Below are positions 1 to 10,345 of a stretch of 63,851 bases of DNA, one piece after another (position 1 is the stretch's first letter; the number at the start of each line of letters is the position of its first letter). Both the position numbers and the translations under genes were made by a program. Origin of the DNA: Octopus bimaculoides (lineage: Eukaryota); contig NC_068991.1 in assembly GCF_001194135.2 (NCBI RefSeq), positions 65,627,776 to 65,691,626 on the forward strand, in the 5' to 3' direction. The notes under the pieces are model-generated. The model was not told where the DNA came from and ran no database searches. It saw only the letters and a program-made list of their open reading frames with translations.

Positions 1-237
1 GTCAAATGACTGAGACAAGTAAAAGAATAAAAGAATAAAAGAATAGAAATTCTAAAGGTTTGGGGTAGGGTGCTTTTTTCGGAGGAAAATGGCATCTTTT
101 GGCCCAAAAAGCTCGTCTAAGGGAGATAACCTGTCCTCAATGATCCCAGACTTTCTATTCTTTGATAACCAGCTAACCAAACGACCATAGCAGATTCCTC
201 CTTCCCAGAAGTGAAGAAATACATTTGTCTCTGGCTT

Positions 238-301
238 TAGAGTCTGATGAGACATCCATGGAAATATGGCCTTTGTGGATGCAAAACCATTGGTCACTCT
301 A
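238..301 (+). ncRNA. Degenerate type I hammerhead ribozyme (G12 replaced by A)
   Basis: Stem I UAGAGU/ACUCUA; CUGAUGA at 244-250; stem II G(A)CAUCCA/UGGAUGC; AAAA instead of GAAA at 283-286; stem III ACC/GGU; GUC cleavage triplet ending at 295. Confidence 0.65.
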
Positions 302-669
302 TGATCGGACATTAACATAATTACTTAGAGAATTGTGATGAACCATAGCATCTGAGCCTGCCATAAGAATACTTAAAGTTCTTTTCTAAGAGAAACAATA
401 TTGTTAGCTTGGTGTGCCAACAGAGAGCTTATGAGGCATTTTGACCAGATTACTATTAGCTCTGTTATATATGTGTACATATATGTGTGTGTGTATGTGT
501 GTGTGCTTACATGCTTACCCAGTTCAGGCTGTAAAATGACCGGCTATAAGGAAGGGCTTCCATAGAAATCATGCTAAAACAGACAAATAGGGTACAATGC
601 AATCCTTGGACCCATCAGATCTTGTCAAGCTATCCAACCCATACCAGCATGGAACAAGGAGATTAAATA

Positions 670-719
<50 letters not shown>

Positions 720-820
720 GTGTGTGTGTGTGTGTTATGGTTGTTATGGGATGTTGTACTGTTATAGCAGAGTTATTTATATATAAGCCTCTGAATCTAT
801 TTCCATGCTTTCTTCCAAAG

Positions 821-875
821 GGTGAACCAGAAGTAGCAGAAGCACCAAAAGAGACTGCTGAAGAAGCTGAAGACG
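821..875 (+). CDS. RSPH4A: Radial spoke head protein 4/6 family, internal coding exon (GEPEVAEAPKETAEEAED), 55 nt, phase 0 to 1
   Basis: tttcttccaaAG acceptor and GTGAG donor at 876; acidic linker peptide whose phase joins the 3219 exon. Low-complexity peptide, so assigned by position and phase rather than motif. Confidence 0.75.
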
Positions 876-1742
876 GTGAGATGTCTTATATGATAATTTA
901 GTAATCTATACATGTACAGAGGGTCTGCAAAGGTCAGGGACCCTACCCCTTCCCCCAGACCCTAGAAGTTAAATATATTTCATACAATATTTAAAATGCA
1001 ATATTTATTCATGTCAATTATTGATTTCAAATTTTGGCTCAAGGTCAGCAATTTCAGGAGAGGGGTCAATCGGTTACGCTGAGCCCAGTGTTCAACTGGC
1101 ACTTATTTTATCGACCCTAAAAGGATAAAAGGCCAAGCTGACCTCAGTGGAGTTTGAACTCGGAACATAAAGATGGATGAAATGCCACTAAGCATTTTGC
1201 CTGATGCAGTAATGGTTCTGCTGGTTTATCACTTTACTCATGTAAATTATCGACCATTGATTATTAAAGATACTAGTAGATACTTGAAGATGCATGTCTC
1301 AGTGGTTAGAGCGTCAGGCTCATAGTCATGAGGCAGTGAGTTCGATTCCTGGGCCAGGCTGTGTGTTGAGTTTTTGAGTAAGACACTTTATTCCATGTTA
1401 CTCCAATTCACTCAGATGTAGAAATGAGTTGCAATGTCAGTGGTACCAAGTTGTATCGGCCTTTGTCTTTCCCTTGGACAACATCAGTAGCATGGAGAGG
1501 AGAGGCTGGTATGAACGGCGACTACTGTTCTTCCATAAACAACCTTGCCCGGACTTGTGCATTAGAAGGTAACTTTCTAGGTGCAATCCCATGGTCATTC
1601 ATGACCGAAGGGGTTCTTTACTCTTTACTCTTAGTTGACACTTAAGTGGCGCAAACATATTTGTGTAGTTCAGAAGTTAACTTCACATCCATTAAATTTG
1701 AACCTTTAGTATTCAGGTCACTCTGTTGAATGTAATGCTTAT

Positions 1743-2109
1743 TTATTACCTCCGCCTTAGCGAAGACAGAGGTATTGCTTTCAGTCTTGTTTGTTTGTGG
1801 ACAAGATATCTCAAGAACTGCTGGATGGATTCAGGTGAAACTTTCAGGAATATTTGGCTTCGTGACTGCCATAAACTGATTAGATTTTGGAATTGATCTG
1901 ATACCAAACAAGGATTCGGATTCTGGATTATTTTTCCTGTTTTTTTACTTAATTTTTGTGAGTGGTTGAGTTCATCTTTAGTATTCCCATTTGTGAGAGC
2001 AGTCGAGTTTATTTCAGTTATTCTCATTTTAAAAATCATCTCTGGTTAATTGTTGAGAGGACATTGGTGTTGCCTTGGTGGAGGTTTGCACTCTCTGAGT
2101 GCTCTTGTT
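1743..2109 (+). mobile_element. Helentron-associated (HINE/DINE-like) non-autonomous element
   Basis: Subterminal inverted repeat acctccgcc (1748-1756) / ggtggaggt (2077-2085); 3' stem-loop gcactc-tct-gagtgc (2088-2102); T-rich ends with no TSD. Confidence 0.6.
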
Positions 2110-2443
2110 CACATTATTTTGAATTAATCATGCATTATCTAATAACTTTGAAATTTCAATGATGTGATTGTTTATTTTTAGAAAGATATAATAGGCTAAA
2201 TGTGTGAGGCCAGATCTGACCAGTTTGATGATATAGCAGGTACAATATCTTGGCCGGATATGGTCAATTTAAATACTAAAGGGATATGGTTCAGTCTTAC
2301 TGTGTAGCACCTTGACCAAGAATCTTCTATTGACTCAACCAACCCAAAGCTTTGTCAGTGAATTTGGTAGACAGAAACTGTAAAAAGCAGCCCATCATAA
2401 AATTTTTTTTTTTTTTCAAAGTAATTATGTTAATGTCCGATCA

Positions 2444-2507
2444 TAGAGTGACCAATGGTTTTGCATCCACAAAGGCCATATTTCCATGGATGTCTCATCA
2501 GACTCTA
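2444..2507 (-). ncRNA. Second, identical copy of the degenerate hammerhead in inverted orientation
   Basis: Reverse complement of 238-301, inside the 179-bp duplication 148-326 / 2419-2597. Confidence 0.55.
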
Positions 2508-3218
2508 AAGCCAGAGACAAATGTATTTCTTCACTTCTGGGAAGGAGGAATCTGCTATGGTCGTTTGGTTAGCTGGTTATCAAAGAATAGAAAGTCTNNN
2601 NNNNNNNNNNNNNNNNNNNNNNNNNNNNNNNNNNNNNNNNNNNNNNNNNNNNNNNNNNNNNNNNNNNNNNNNNNNNNNNNNNNNNNNNNNNNNNNNNNNN
2701 NNNNNNNNNNNNNNNNNNNNNNNNNNNNNNNNNNNNNNNNNNNNNNNNNNNNNNNNNNNNNNNNNNNNNNNNNNNNNNNNNNNNNNNNNNNNNNNNNNNN
2801 NNNNNNNNNNNNNNNNNNNNNNNNNNNNNNNNNNNNNNNNNNNNNNNNNNNNNNNNNNNNNNNNNNNNNNNNNNNNNNNNNNNNNNNNNNNNNNNNNNNN
2901 NNNNNNNNNNNNNNNNNNNNNNNNNNNNNNNNNNNNNNNNNNNNNNNNNNNNNNNNNNNNNNNNNNNNNNNNNNNNNNNNNNNNNNNNNNNNNNNNNNNN
3001 NNNNNNNNNNNNNNNNNNNNNNNNNNNNNNNNNNNNNNNNNNNNNNNNNNNNNNNNNNNNNNNNNNNNNNNNNNNNNNNNNNNNNNNNNNNNNNNNNNNN
3101 NNNNNNNNNNNNNNNNNNNNNNNNNNNNNNNNNNNNNNNNNNNNNNNNNNNNNNNNNNNNNNNNNNNNNNNNTTTAATTCTTTCGTACCCTCTTCCTTGG
3201 ATTGGTAACACCATGCAG

Positions 3219-3335
3219 AAGAAGCAATCGTGGAAGATAGAGTACCCAAAATTGACTACAAGCCACCTCCACCTATACCAAAAGAAGATAAAGGAAGCGG
3301 CACCAATAAGAAGACATATTTTGTCTGCAATGAAC
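3219..3335 (+). CDS. RSPH4A: RSPH4/6 coding exon ([40 protein letters not shown]), 117 nt, phase 1 to 1
   Basis: atgcAG acceptor and GTAAG donor; matches the family motif YKxPxxIPKExxxxGxNKxxYFVCNEPG. Not shown in this frame in the ORF track. Confidence 0.93.
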
Positions 3336-4474
3336 GTAAGTACTCTCTCTGTCTATTTATAGATTTCAAATTTTGGCACAATGCCAGCATTTATGGGGGA
3401 GGTGGGTAAGTTGATAACAGTGACCCCAGTACCCAACTGGTACTTATTTTATCAACTCTGGGAGGATGACGGGCAAAGTTGATTCCGGTGGAATTTGAAC
3501 TCAGGATGTAAAGACGGACGAAATCCCAATCAGCATTTTGTCCAGCGTGCTAATGATTCCTTTTCTACTCTAAGCACAAGGACCGAAATGTTTGGGGAGA
3601 AGGGGTGCCAGTCGATTAGATCAACCCCAGTACACAACTGGTACTTAATTTATTGACCCCGAAAGGATGAAAGGCAAAGTTGACCTCAGCGGAATTTTAA
3701 CTCAGAATGTAACGGTAGACAAAAAACCGCTAAGCATTTCACCTAGCGAGCTAACATTTCTGCCAGCTCACCACCTTTACTCATAAGGCCCGAAATTTTG
3801 GGGGACAGGGGGGGGGACAGTTGATTAGATCGACCCGAGTATGCAACTGGTACTTAATTTATCGACCCTGAAAGGATAAAAGGCAAAGTCAACCTCAGTG
3901 GAATTTTTCTTATATCATGCTATAACAATAATAATTAGCTGTACCATTTCTGGTTTTCCCCATATTTTATTGTTTTATATTATCTTACTACTAGATTATT
4001 GATAGGTGCAGGTGTGGCTGTGTGGTTCAGAATTTTGGTTCCCAACCACATGGTTTCAGGTTCAGTCCCTGCACATGGCACATTGGACAAATGTCTTCTA
4101 TCATAACTCCAGACCAACCAAAGCCTTGTGAGTGAATTTGGTGGATGGAAACTATGAGAAGTTCAGTGTGTGTGTGTGTATGTATATGTATGCATGAACG
4201 TGCATATATGTCTCCTTATCTTCACATCACATGATAGTTGTAAATGAGTGTCACTGTTATATAAGCAACATCATTCATTTCCAAAATCTTGCATAGTCAT
4301 GCCTGGCCATGGGGAAATAATACCTTGCTTGGAAACAGGTGAAGATTAGTCTCGAGAAGGGCATCCAGCCATGGAATTAAACCTTGTCCAACCCATGCAA
4401 GCATGGAAAAATGAACATTAAAATGATGATGATGATGATGATGAATATTAATTATACCTGCATGGTTATGATAG

Positions 4475-4887
4475 TGGAGGCGCAATGGCCCACTGATTAG
4501 GGCAGCGGACTCGCGGTCGTAGGATCGCGGTCGTAGGATCGCGGTCGTAGGATCGCGGTTTCGATTCCCAGACCGGGCGTTGTGAGTGTTTATTGAGCGA
4601 AAACACCTAAAGCTCCACAAGGCTCCGGCAGGGGATGGTGGCGAACCCTGCTGTACTCTTTCACCACAACTTTCTCTCACTCTTACTTCCTGTTTCTGTT
4701 GTGCCTGTAATTCAAAGGGTCAACCTTGTCACACTGTGTCATGCTGAATATCCCCGAGAACTACGTTAAGGGTACACATGTCTGTGGAGTGCTCAGCCAC
4801 TTGCACATTAATTTCACGAGCAGGCTGTTCTGTTGATCGGATCAACTGAAACCCTCGACGTTGTAAGCGACGGAGTGCCAACAACAA
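4475..4887 (+). mobile_element. tRNA-derived SINE, family A (full length)
   Basis: tRNA-like head with box A/B-like motifs (tggcccactgattagg ... ggtttcgattccc); CAA-repeat tail; 11-bp TSD ggttatgatag (4464-4474, 4888-4898). Confidence 0.9.
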
Positions 4888-5301
4888 GGTTATGATAGTT
4901 TTAGTGAGTTTGCAAATCATTAAAACAATTCTTTTTATAACTAGATTCCATCCCTCCTACTAATAAGCAAAAAAAAAACAATTGAAAAACTGAGCTATAG
5001 TCTCATCTTTTCTCTTCCACAGCTGACAGCTGTCATTGTGTTGCCTTCATTAAGATGAAACAACTGTAGATTGTAGATATATACTATTAAGCCTTGGGTG
5101 TATTTACATTGTTCCAGTAGACATCTTGATTATCTCTAATGTAGACCTGGCAAGGTGTTAGTTTGTAAAATTAATGACTCTGGAGCAGCTCTTTGAGGCT
5201 TGGCATCATTCCTGTTGTTCTACCTAAGACTAGCCTCATCTTGTTATTCATCTTTCTCAGAAATGAAAATAACTGTTATACAAATGAGAAATGAAATAAA
5301 A

Positions 5302-5682
5302 TTGTTGTTGGCACTCCATTGGTTACGTCGAGAGTTCCAGTTGATCTGATCAACGGAACAGCCTGCTCGTGAAATTAACGTGCAAGTAGCTGAGCACTCC
5401 ACAGACACGTATACCCTTAACGTAGTTCTTGGGGATATTCAGAGTGACACAGTGTGACAAGGCTAACCCTTTGAATTACAGGCACAACAGAAACAGGATG
5501 TAAGAGTGAGAGAAAGTTGTGGTGAAAGAGTACAGCAGGATTCGCCACCATCCCCTGCTGGAGCCTCGTGGAGCTTTAGGTGTTTTCGCTCAATAAACAC
5601 TCACAACGCCTGGTCTGGGAATCAAAACCACGATGGTATGACCGCGAGTCCGCTGCCCTAACCACTGGGCCATTGCACCTCC
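5302..5682 (-). mobile_element. tRNA-derived SINE, family A, inverted copy
   Basis: Reverse complement of 4475-4887 over nearly the full length. Confidence 0.9.
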
Positions 5683-6005
5683 TTTTAAAATAGGCACAAA
5701 AGCATAGTCAACCTCGGCAGACTTTGAACTCAGAACATAGCGATGGGCGAAATACTGCAAAGCATTTCATTCAGCGTGCCAACAATTCTACCATCTCATC
5801 GCCTTGTATGAAGTAAAATTAACAATAATAAATAGATTATGGAAGAAAAGACCATGCTAAAATAGCTTTGTAGATCTCCCAATAAGTAGAGTTGCTGTCC
5901 ATACTTTTTGACTTACATGATGTGGTGTACCAAAAGATGTAGTTATATATGTTGACTGAAGCTAAATGATTATTTTGATTATTTTGTTTTGTTTCCTATT
6001 TGCAG

Positions 6006-6103
6006 CTGGGAAACCCTGGATACGTTTGCCTTTAGTGAACCCAATACAGATTGTAATTGCCAGACAGATCAAGAAATATTTTACTGGAAGATTAGATGCC
6101 CCA
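6006..6103 (+). CDS. RSPH4A: RSPH4/6 coding exon ([33 protein letters not shown]), 98 nt, phase 1 to 0
   Basis: ttgcAG acceptor and GTAAGT donor; near-identical to the human RSPH4A segment [32 protein letters not shown] as recalled. Confidence 0.96.
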
Positions 6104-6329
6104 GTAAGTCTTAAAACAATTTCATTTTAATGTGATGTCATGTTTCAGTAAAAAAAAAAAAAGGTATATGTCTCTTGTTATATGTCTACAGTGAGAGCTT
6201 TTCTTGTATAACTGTATGTGTTGCATTGAAATTTACTGGCAGCAGTTCCAAGCTTAGCTTTTGGTACCTGAAAAAGTGAACATTTTGTATTTCTCTGATC
6301 CTATTAAATCTGATCTACCATTCTCTAAA

Positions 6330-6547
6330 CTCTTTAGCATTCAGATTAGTCTATCAAATGTAATGCTTATTTATTCACATTGTTTTGATTTTAATCATGC
6401 ATTATCTTGTAGCTTTGAGACTTAAATGATGTGACTATTTAGTTTTAGAGTGAAAGTGTTGAGATGTGAGAAGCCAAATTTGGCTGGTTTGGACATAAAA
6501 CAGGTTGAAAATCTGGGCTGGATATGGCCAGTTTAAATACTAAAGGG
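6330..6547. mobile_element. TTAA-flanked non-autonomous DNA element (piggyBac-like); related copies at ~1705-2284 (interrupted) and ~59100-59317 (reverse)
   Basis: Ends resemble ctttagcattc ... aatactaaaggg-TTAA; shared internal sequence atgcttatttattcacatt...aatcatgcattatct in all three copies. Confidence 0.6.
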
Positions 6548-6954
6548 TTAAAGAAGATAGCTGAATGTTGAGTGAGGACACTGTGTTATGGAAAAGTAAT
6601 ATAGAATTAAAAGCAATGTTTAAGTGTTATGGGAAGTGATACAATGCTAAAAGAGGTGACACAGTGTTAAAGAGAGTGATACAGTGTTAAGAGAGGTGAT
6701 AAACTACCAACATGGAAAGAGTGTTGTATGATATCTGTTTGACGGACTTAGTAAACTGCTTCCATTGGACAAAAGAACTGTCAGTGTCAAGAAGCTAACT
6801 TGTTATCATGATACAGAAAGTGACATTGTTACATGGTTCTTAGTCCCTTGACCAATTGGGCTACAAATATACTTAGAAGACTGCTTTTTTAAGTAGAATA
6901 CTATGGGCAAGTTTGTACAGGAGGAACTGAACTCATCATTTCAAATTAACAACC

Positions 6955-7150
6955 TCTTCACTTAAGTCCTTCACTTCCCATGGAGAAGAGACCATCAATG
7001 ACTTTTCTCCACTGTTCTTGACTCTGCTGGGCTATCATTTCTGCTTCTCTCCAGTCGGATCCTTGCTGCCTTTTGCATTTTGTTGCACCACTCTCTAAGA
7101 AGAGAAGCCCTTCCTCTCCCAAATCTTGTTGGTTTTGAATTGTCATCTAT
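6955..7150 (-). pseudogene. Decayed LINE 3' coding end; a related fragment lies at ~24835-25030 (+)
   Basis: DWREAEMIAQQSQEQWRKVIDGLFSMGSEGLK*, and in the other copy QALQWTP...WGKLQSIAKDKDRRKCL; typical RTE-like C-terminus. Confidence 0.6.
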
Positions 7151-7341
7151 ACTTCAGTAACTTTGTTTGTTTTCTAGGTTGAGGTGTCGGTTCTATACAA
7201 ACTCATTTTTACCTCTGGGAAGAGGTGGTCCATATTAGTCTTGCCTCTATCTTTTGACCTGTCCAGCACAGGAGACCTACCAGGAGCTTGCACTCCACTG
7301 GCATAGCTCTCAGGGTCATTGAAGCAGACACCCATAAGACT

Positions 7342-7681
7342 GAAGGTGCATGGCTCAGTGTTTAAAGTGTCAGGCTCACAACCATGAGGTTGTGAGTTCG
7401 ATTCCTGAACTGGTCTGTGTGTTGTTTTCTTGAGCAAGACACTTTATTTCACATTGCTCCAGTTCACTCAGCTGTAGAAATGAGTTGCGATGTCACTGGC
7501 ACCAAGTTGCATCAGCCTTTGCCTTTCCCTTGGATAGCATCGGTGGCATAGAGAGGAGAGGCTGATATGCATGGGTGACTGCTGGTTTTCTATAAACAAT
7601 CTTGTCCAGACTTGTGCCTTGGAGGTAACTTTCTAAATGCAATCCCATGGTCATTCATGAACGAAAAGGGTCATTACCATT
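7342..7681 (+). mobile_element. tRNA-derived SINE family D; second copy at 1291-1632, partial copy at ~35643-35870
   Basis: tRNA-like head (gctcagtg...gagttcgattcc) followed by cttgagcaagacactttatttcac...cactcagctgtagaaatgagt; the two copies align throughout. Confidence 0.8.
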
Positions 7682-7708
7682 TAACATAAAACTATGGAAT
7701 GTTAGGTA

Positions 7709-8626
7709 CAGGGTCAAGCAGAGAGTACGGACGTTTTTGAAATGGGTATTACTCAGCCCCAGGGGGAGGAACATATGTCCGACAGGTAACATTCAGTCCG
7801 TGATGTCTTAGCATCTTTACTTTTCAGGTGAAGCTATGGGGCTGTGGACGATAGAGCATCGTGTGTTTGCTTACAACAATTACAGGAAGAATAACGAGTC
7901 TGTCTCAGCAGCTTAGCATGAGTTTCAGCATCACTTCAAGATTCACCGAAATCAGGCTGTTCCCACCTGTAACAGAATCTGACATTGGGTGAATGCACTT
8001 TTTACACAAGATACACTAACGAACAGGAGACCGGTTGGGACACCACGAATGGTACGGACCCCGGAAAATGTGGAATGTGTCAGACAAGCTTTGATATAGA
8101 GTCCGAATCGCTCTGCTCAAAGGCATTCCACTGAATTTGGCATTAATAATCAATGAGTAAGGCATATTTTGCATGAAGATCTGCATTTCCACCTGTACAA
8201 ATTGGTCATTGGGCAACAGTTGAAACCATGGGATTATGCACAGTGGCTTAACTTTGCACAAGAGATGGATACAATATTTGAAGCAAATGACAACCTCATT
8301 TTGTTAATGAGTGATGAAGCTCATTTTTATCTCAATGGCATGGTGAATCAACAGAACTGTTGTTATTGGGCTCTTGAAAATCTAGGAGAGCAATGTTACC
8401 CAAATTGACAGGACAATGCTGGAGAGAGTGGAGGTCAACTTCCAAAAAAGTCTTCAGAAATGATTCAATGAAAAAGGATACCACATAATGGATGTTGTTT
8501 TCCACATTTGATTTTGACAAATGCTAATTCAATACGAACACATTGATGTCAATAAAATTTGTTTGCAGCTAAAATTAATGATTTTGTGAATTTTTCAAAA
8601 ACGTCCATCCTCTCTGCTCCACCCTG
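7709..8626 (+). mobile_element. Internally deleted, defective IS630-Tc1-mariner DNA transposon (DUF4817-type HTH; maT/rosa-like)
   Basis: TA TSDs at 7707-7708 and 8627-8628; ~33-bp imperfect TIRs CAGGGT..AGCAGAGAG..GGACGTTTTTGAAA. Transposase remnants with stops: EHRVFAYNNYRKNNESV, RTPENVECVR, ILHEDLHFHLYK, MSDEAHFYLNGMVNQQNCCYW. The middle of the catalytic domain is missing. Confidence 0.9.
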
Positions 8627-8705
8627 TAATATGTAGTGAGTTTAGTAACACAGTTACCCAACAAGTGATAGATACATGATTCAAATCCCATCTTTTCTGT
8701 ATTAA

Positions 8706-8995
8706 CCCATTACCTCCTATAATTCTATTAACTGGAATTTTTTTATGAAACTTTGATTTCTAGCATAAAACAGCCTTAGAAACACACTGGAATGATCAAA
8801 ATAACATTTCAAAATAATATTTTAAATAGAAATAAGCAAGATATTGGGTGAAAAATTAGCAAACCTCATTTGAATATCAGAGAAATATACCTAGTAGATA
8901 TAGCAAAAAGGTTAGATATGTGTAAATATTGACAGATAATTAAGAAATTTGTAATTTTTAAGTGATCTCATATGAGATCACTGGTAGGTAATGGG
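8706..8995. mobile_element. piggyBac-type MITE
   Basis: TTAA on both sides (8702-8705, 8996-8999); perfect 10-bp TIR CCCATTACCT/AGGTAATGGG; internal 20-bp palindrome at 8962-8981. Confidence 0.75.
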
Positions 8996-9060
8996 TTAAA
9001 TTAGTATTTTTGAATGACAAATACCATCATATAATCTATGTGGTTCTTTATTTCTCCTAG

Positions 9061-9202
9061 ATAATCACATATCCTCCATTTCCTGGTAATGAAATGAACT
9101 ATCTTCGAGCTCAAATTGCACGCATCAGTGCTGGCACCCAGGCCTCAATAATGGGGTACTACCAATTTGATGAGGAAGAGGAAGAGGAAGAAGAAGGCGA
9201 GG
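9061..9202 (+). CDS. RSPH4A: RSPH4/6 coding exon ([47 protein letters not shown]), 142 nt, phase 0 to 1
   Basis: tttctcctAG acceptor and GTAAGT donor; hallmark [23 protein letters not shown] motif of radial spoke head 4/6. Confidence 0.97.
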
Positions 9203-9806
9203 GTAAGTCCCAGAACATCTCATGTTTCCATTAGCTGTTGTTTTATCAATTCCTCTTTTATCTTTTGTTTGTTCCAGTCATTGGACTGTGGCCATGCTGG
9301 GGCACCACCTCGAAAGGTTTGTTTGAAAGAATCAACCCCGGTGCTTATGTTTTTTTTTTGTTTTTTTTGCAAGTCTGGTACATTTTCTATCAGCCTCTTT
9401 TGCTGAACCACTAAGTTATGGGGAGGTAAACAATCCAACATACACACATATGCATGCGTGCGCATGCACACACACACACACATGATGGGCTTCTTTCAGT
9501 TTCCTTCTACCAAATATACTCACAAAACTTTGGTCAGCCTGAAGCTATAGTAGAGGACAATTGCCCAAGGTGCCACACAGTGGCACTGAACATGAAACCA
9601 CGTGGTTGGCAAATTATCTTCTTACCCCATAGCCACCTTGCACTTATAAACAAAAACACATCTCCAGCCTGCTTTTGGAGATGCTACGTATTGAACCTGG
9701 GGCCTTTTGCATGCAAAGCAAAGACTCTACCATTGAGCCACATCCCACTCAAATGCTTCCCAATGTTCAAATCATCTTTTCATTTCAATCTTTTGGTTTT
9801 TTCCAG

Positions 9807-9913
9807 TACGGGACACTTACATCGAAAACATCGACTTTGATGGACTTACAATGAGAGAACTGTGTGAATCCTTAAATAACTGGGTCCATCATACCTTGCA
9901 CATTTTACCACAG
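9807..9913 (+). CDS. RSPH4A: RSPH4/6 coding exon (VRDTYIENIDFDGLTMRELCESLNNWVHHTLHILPQ), 107 nt, phase 1 to 0
   Basis: ttttttccAG acceptor and GTCAGT donor; SLxNWVHHxxHILxQ motif. Confidence 0.95.
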
Positions 9914-9924
9914 GTCAGTTTACT

Positions 9925-10345
9925 TCTCTGTCTGTCTGTCTCTCTCTCTCTCTTTCTACCCTTTCTTGTTTTATTCTATCCTATTTACTTCCCTCTCTAT
10001 TTCTCTCTTTTCCGCCACTCTCTCTCTTTGTTTCTATCTCTTCCACTCTATATTTCTCTCTCTCTCTCTCTCTCTCTTTCCTTCTCTTTCTCTTCCTGCT
10101 TCACTTTCTCTCCCTCTTTAATGTACTTATTTATCTCATGCAAGTATAGAAAAACAGATATTAAGATGGTGATGACGATGACGGCGACATCAACAATAAC
10201 GATGATGATGATGACGACGACGACGACGACGATGACAACAATGACAATGATGACGATGCTGCTGCTGCAGTTGATGATGATGATGACAATAACATCACTG
10301 GCAATGGTGATGACAGGTGATGACAGCAGCAGCAGCGCCAACACC
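9925..10345. repeat. (CT)n-rich tract followed by a mosaic GAT/GAC/AAC/GCT trinucleotide array
   Basis: Seen directly; produces the spurious ORFs at 9851-10425. Confidence 0.9.

Noticed and set aside
52-318. 88-aa minus ORF (MLMSDHRVTNG...) repeated on + at 2352-3362
   Set aside because: It is the antisense reading of a hammerhead-containing repeat; no recognisable protein, and the long version is inflated by Ns.
2521-3249. Long ORFs across N runs (also 26845-27795, 44336-44693, 47207-47577, 51478-51873, 62491-62772)
   Set aside because: Artefacts of scaffold gaps translated as X.
4475-4570. tRNA-like sequence (also 1291, 7342, 53795)
   Set aside because: SINE heads: no complete cloverleaf, and each continues into a SINE body.
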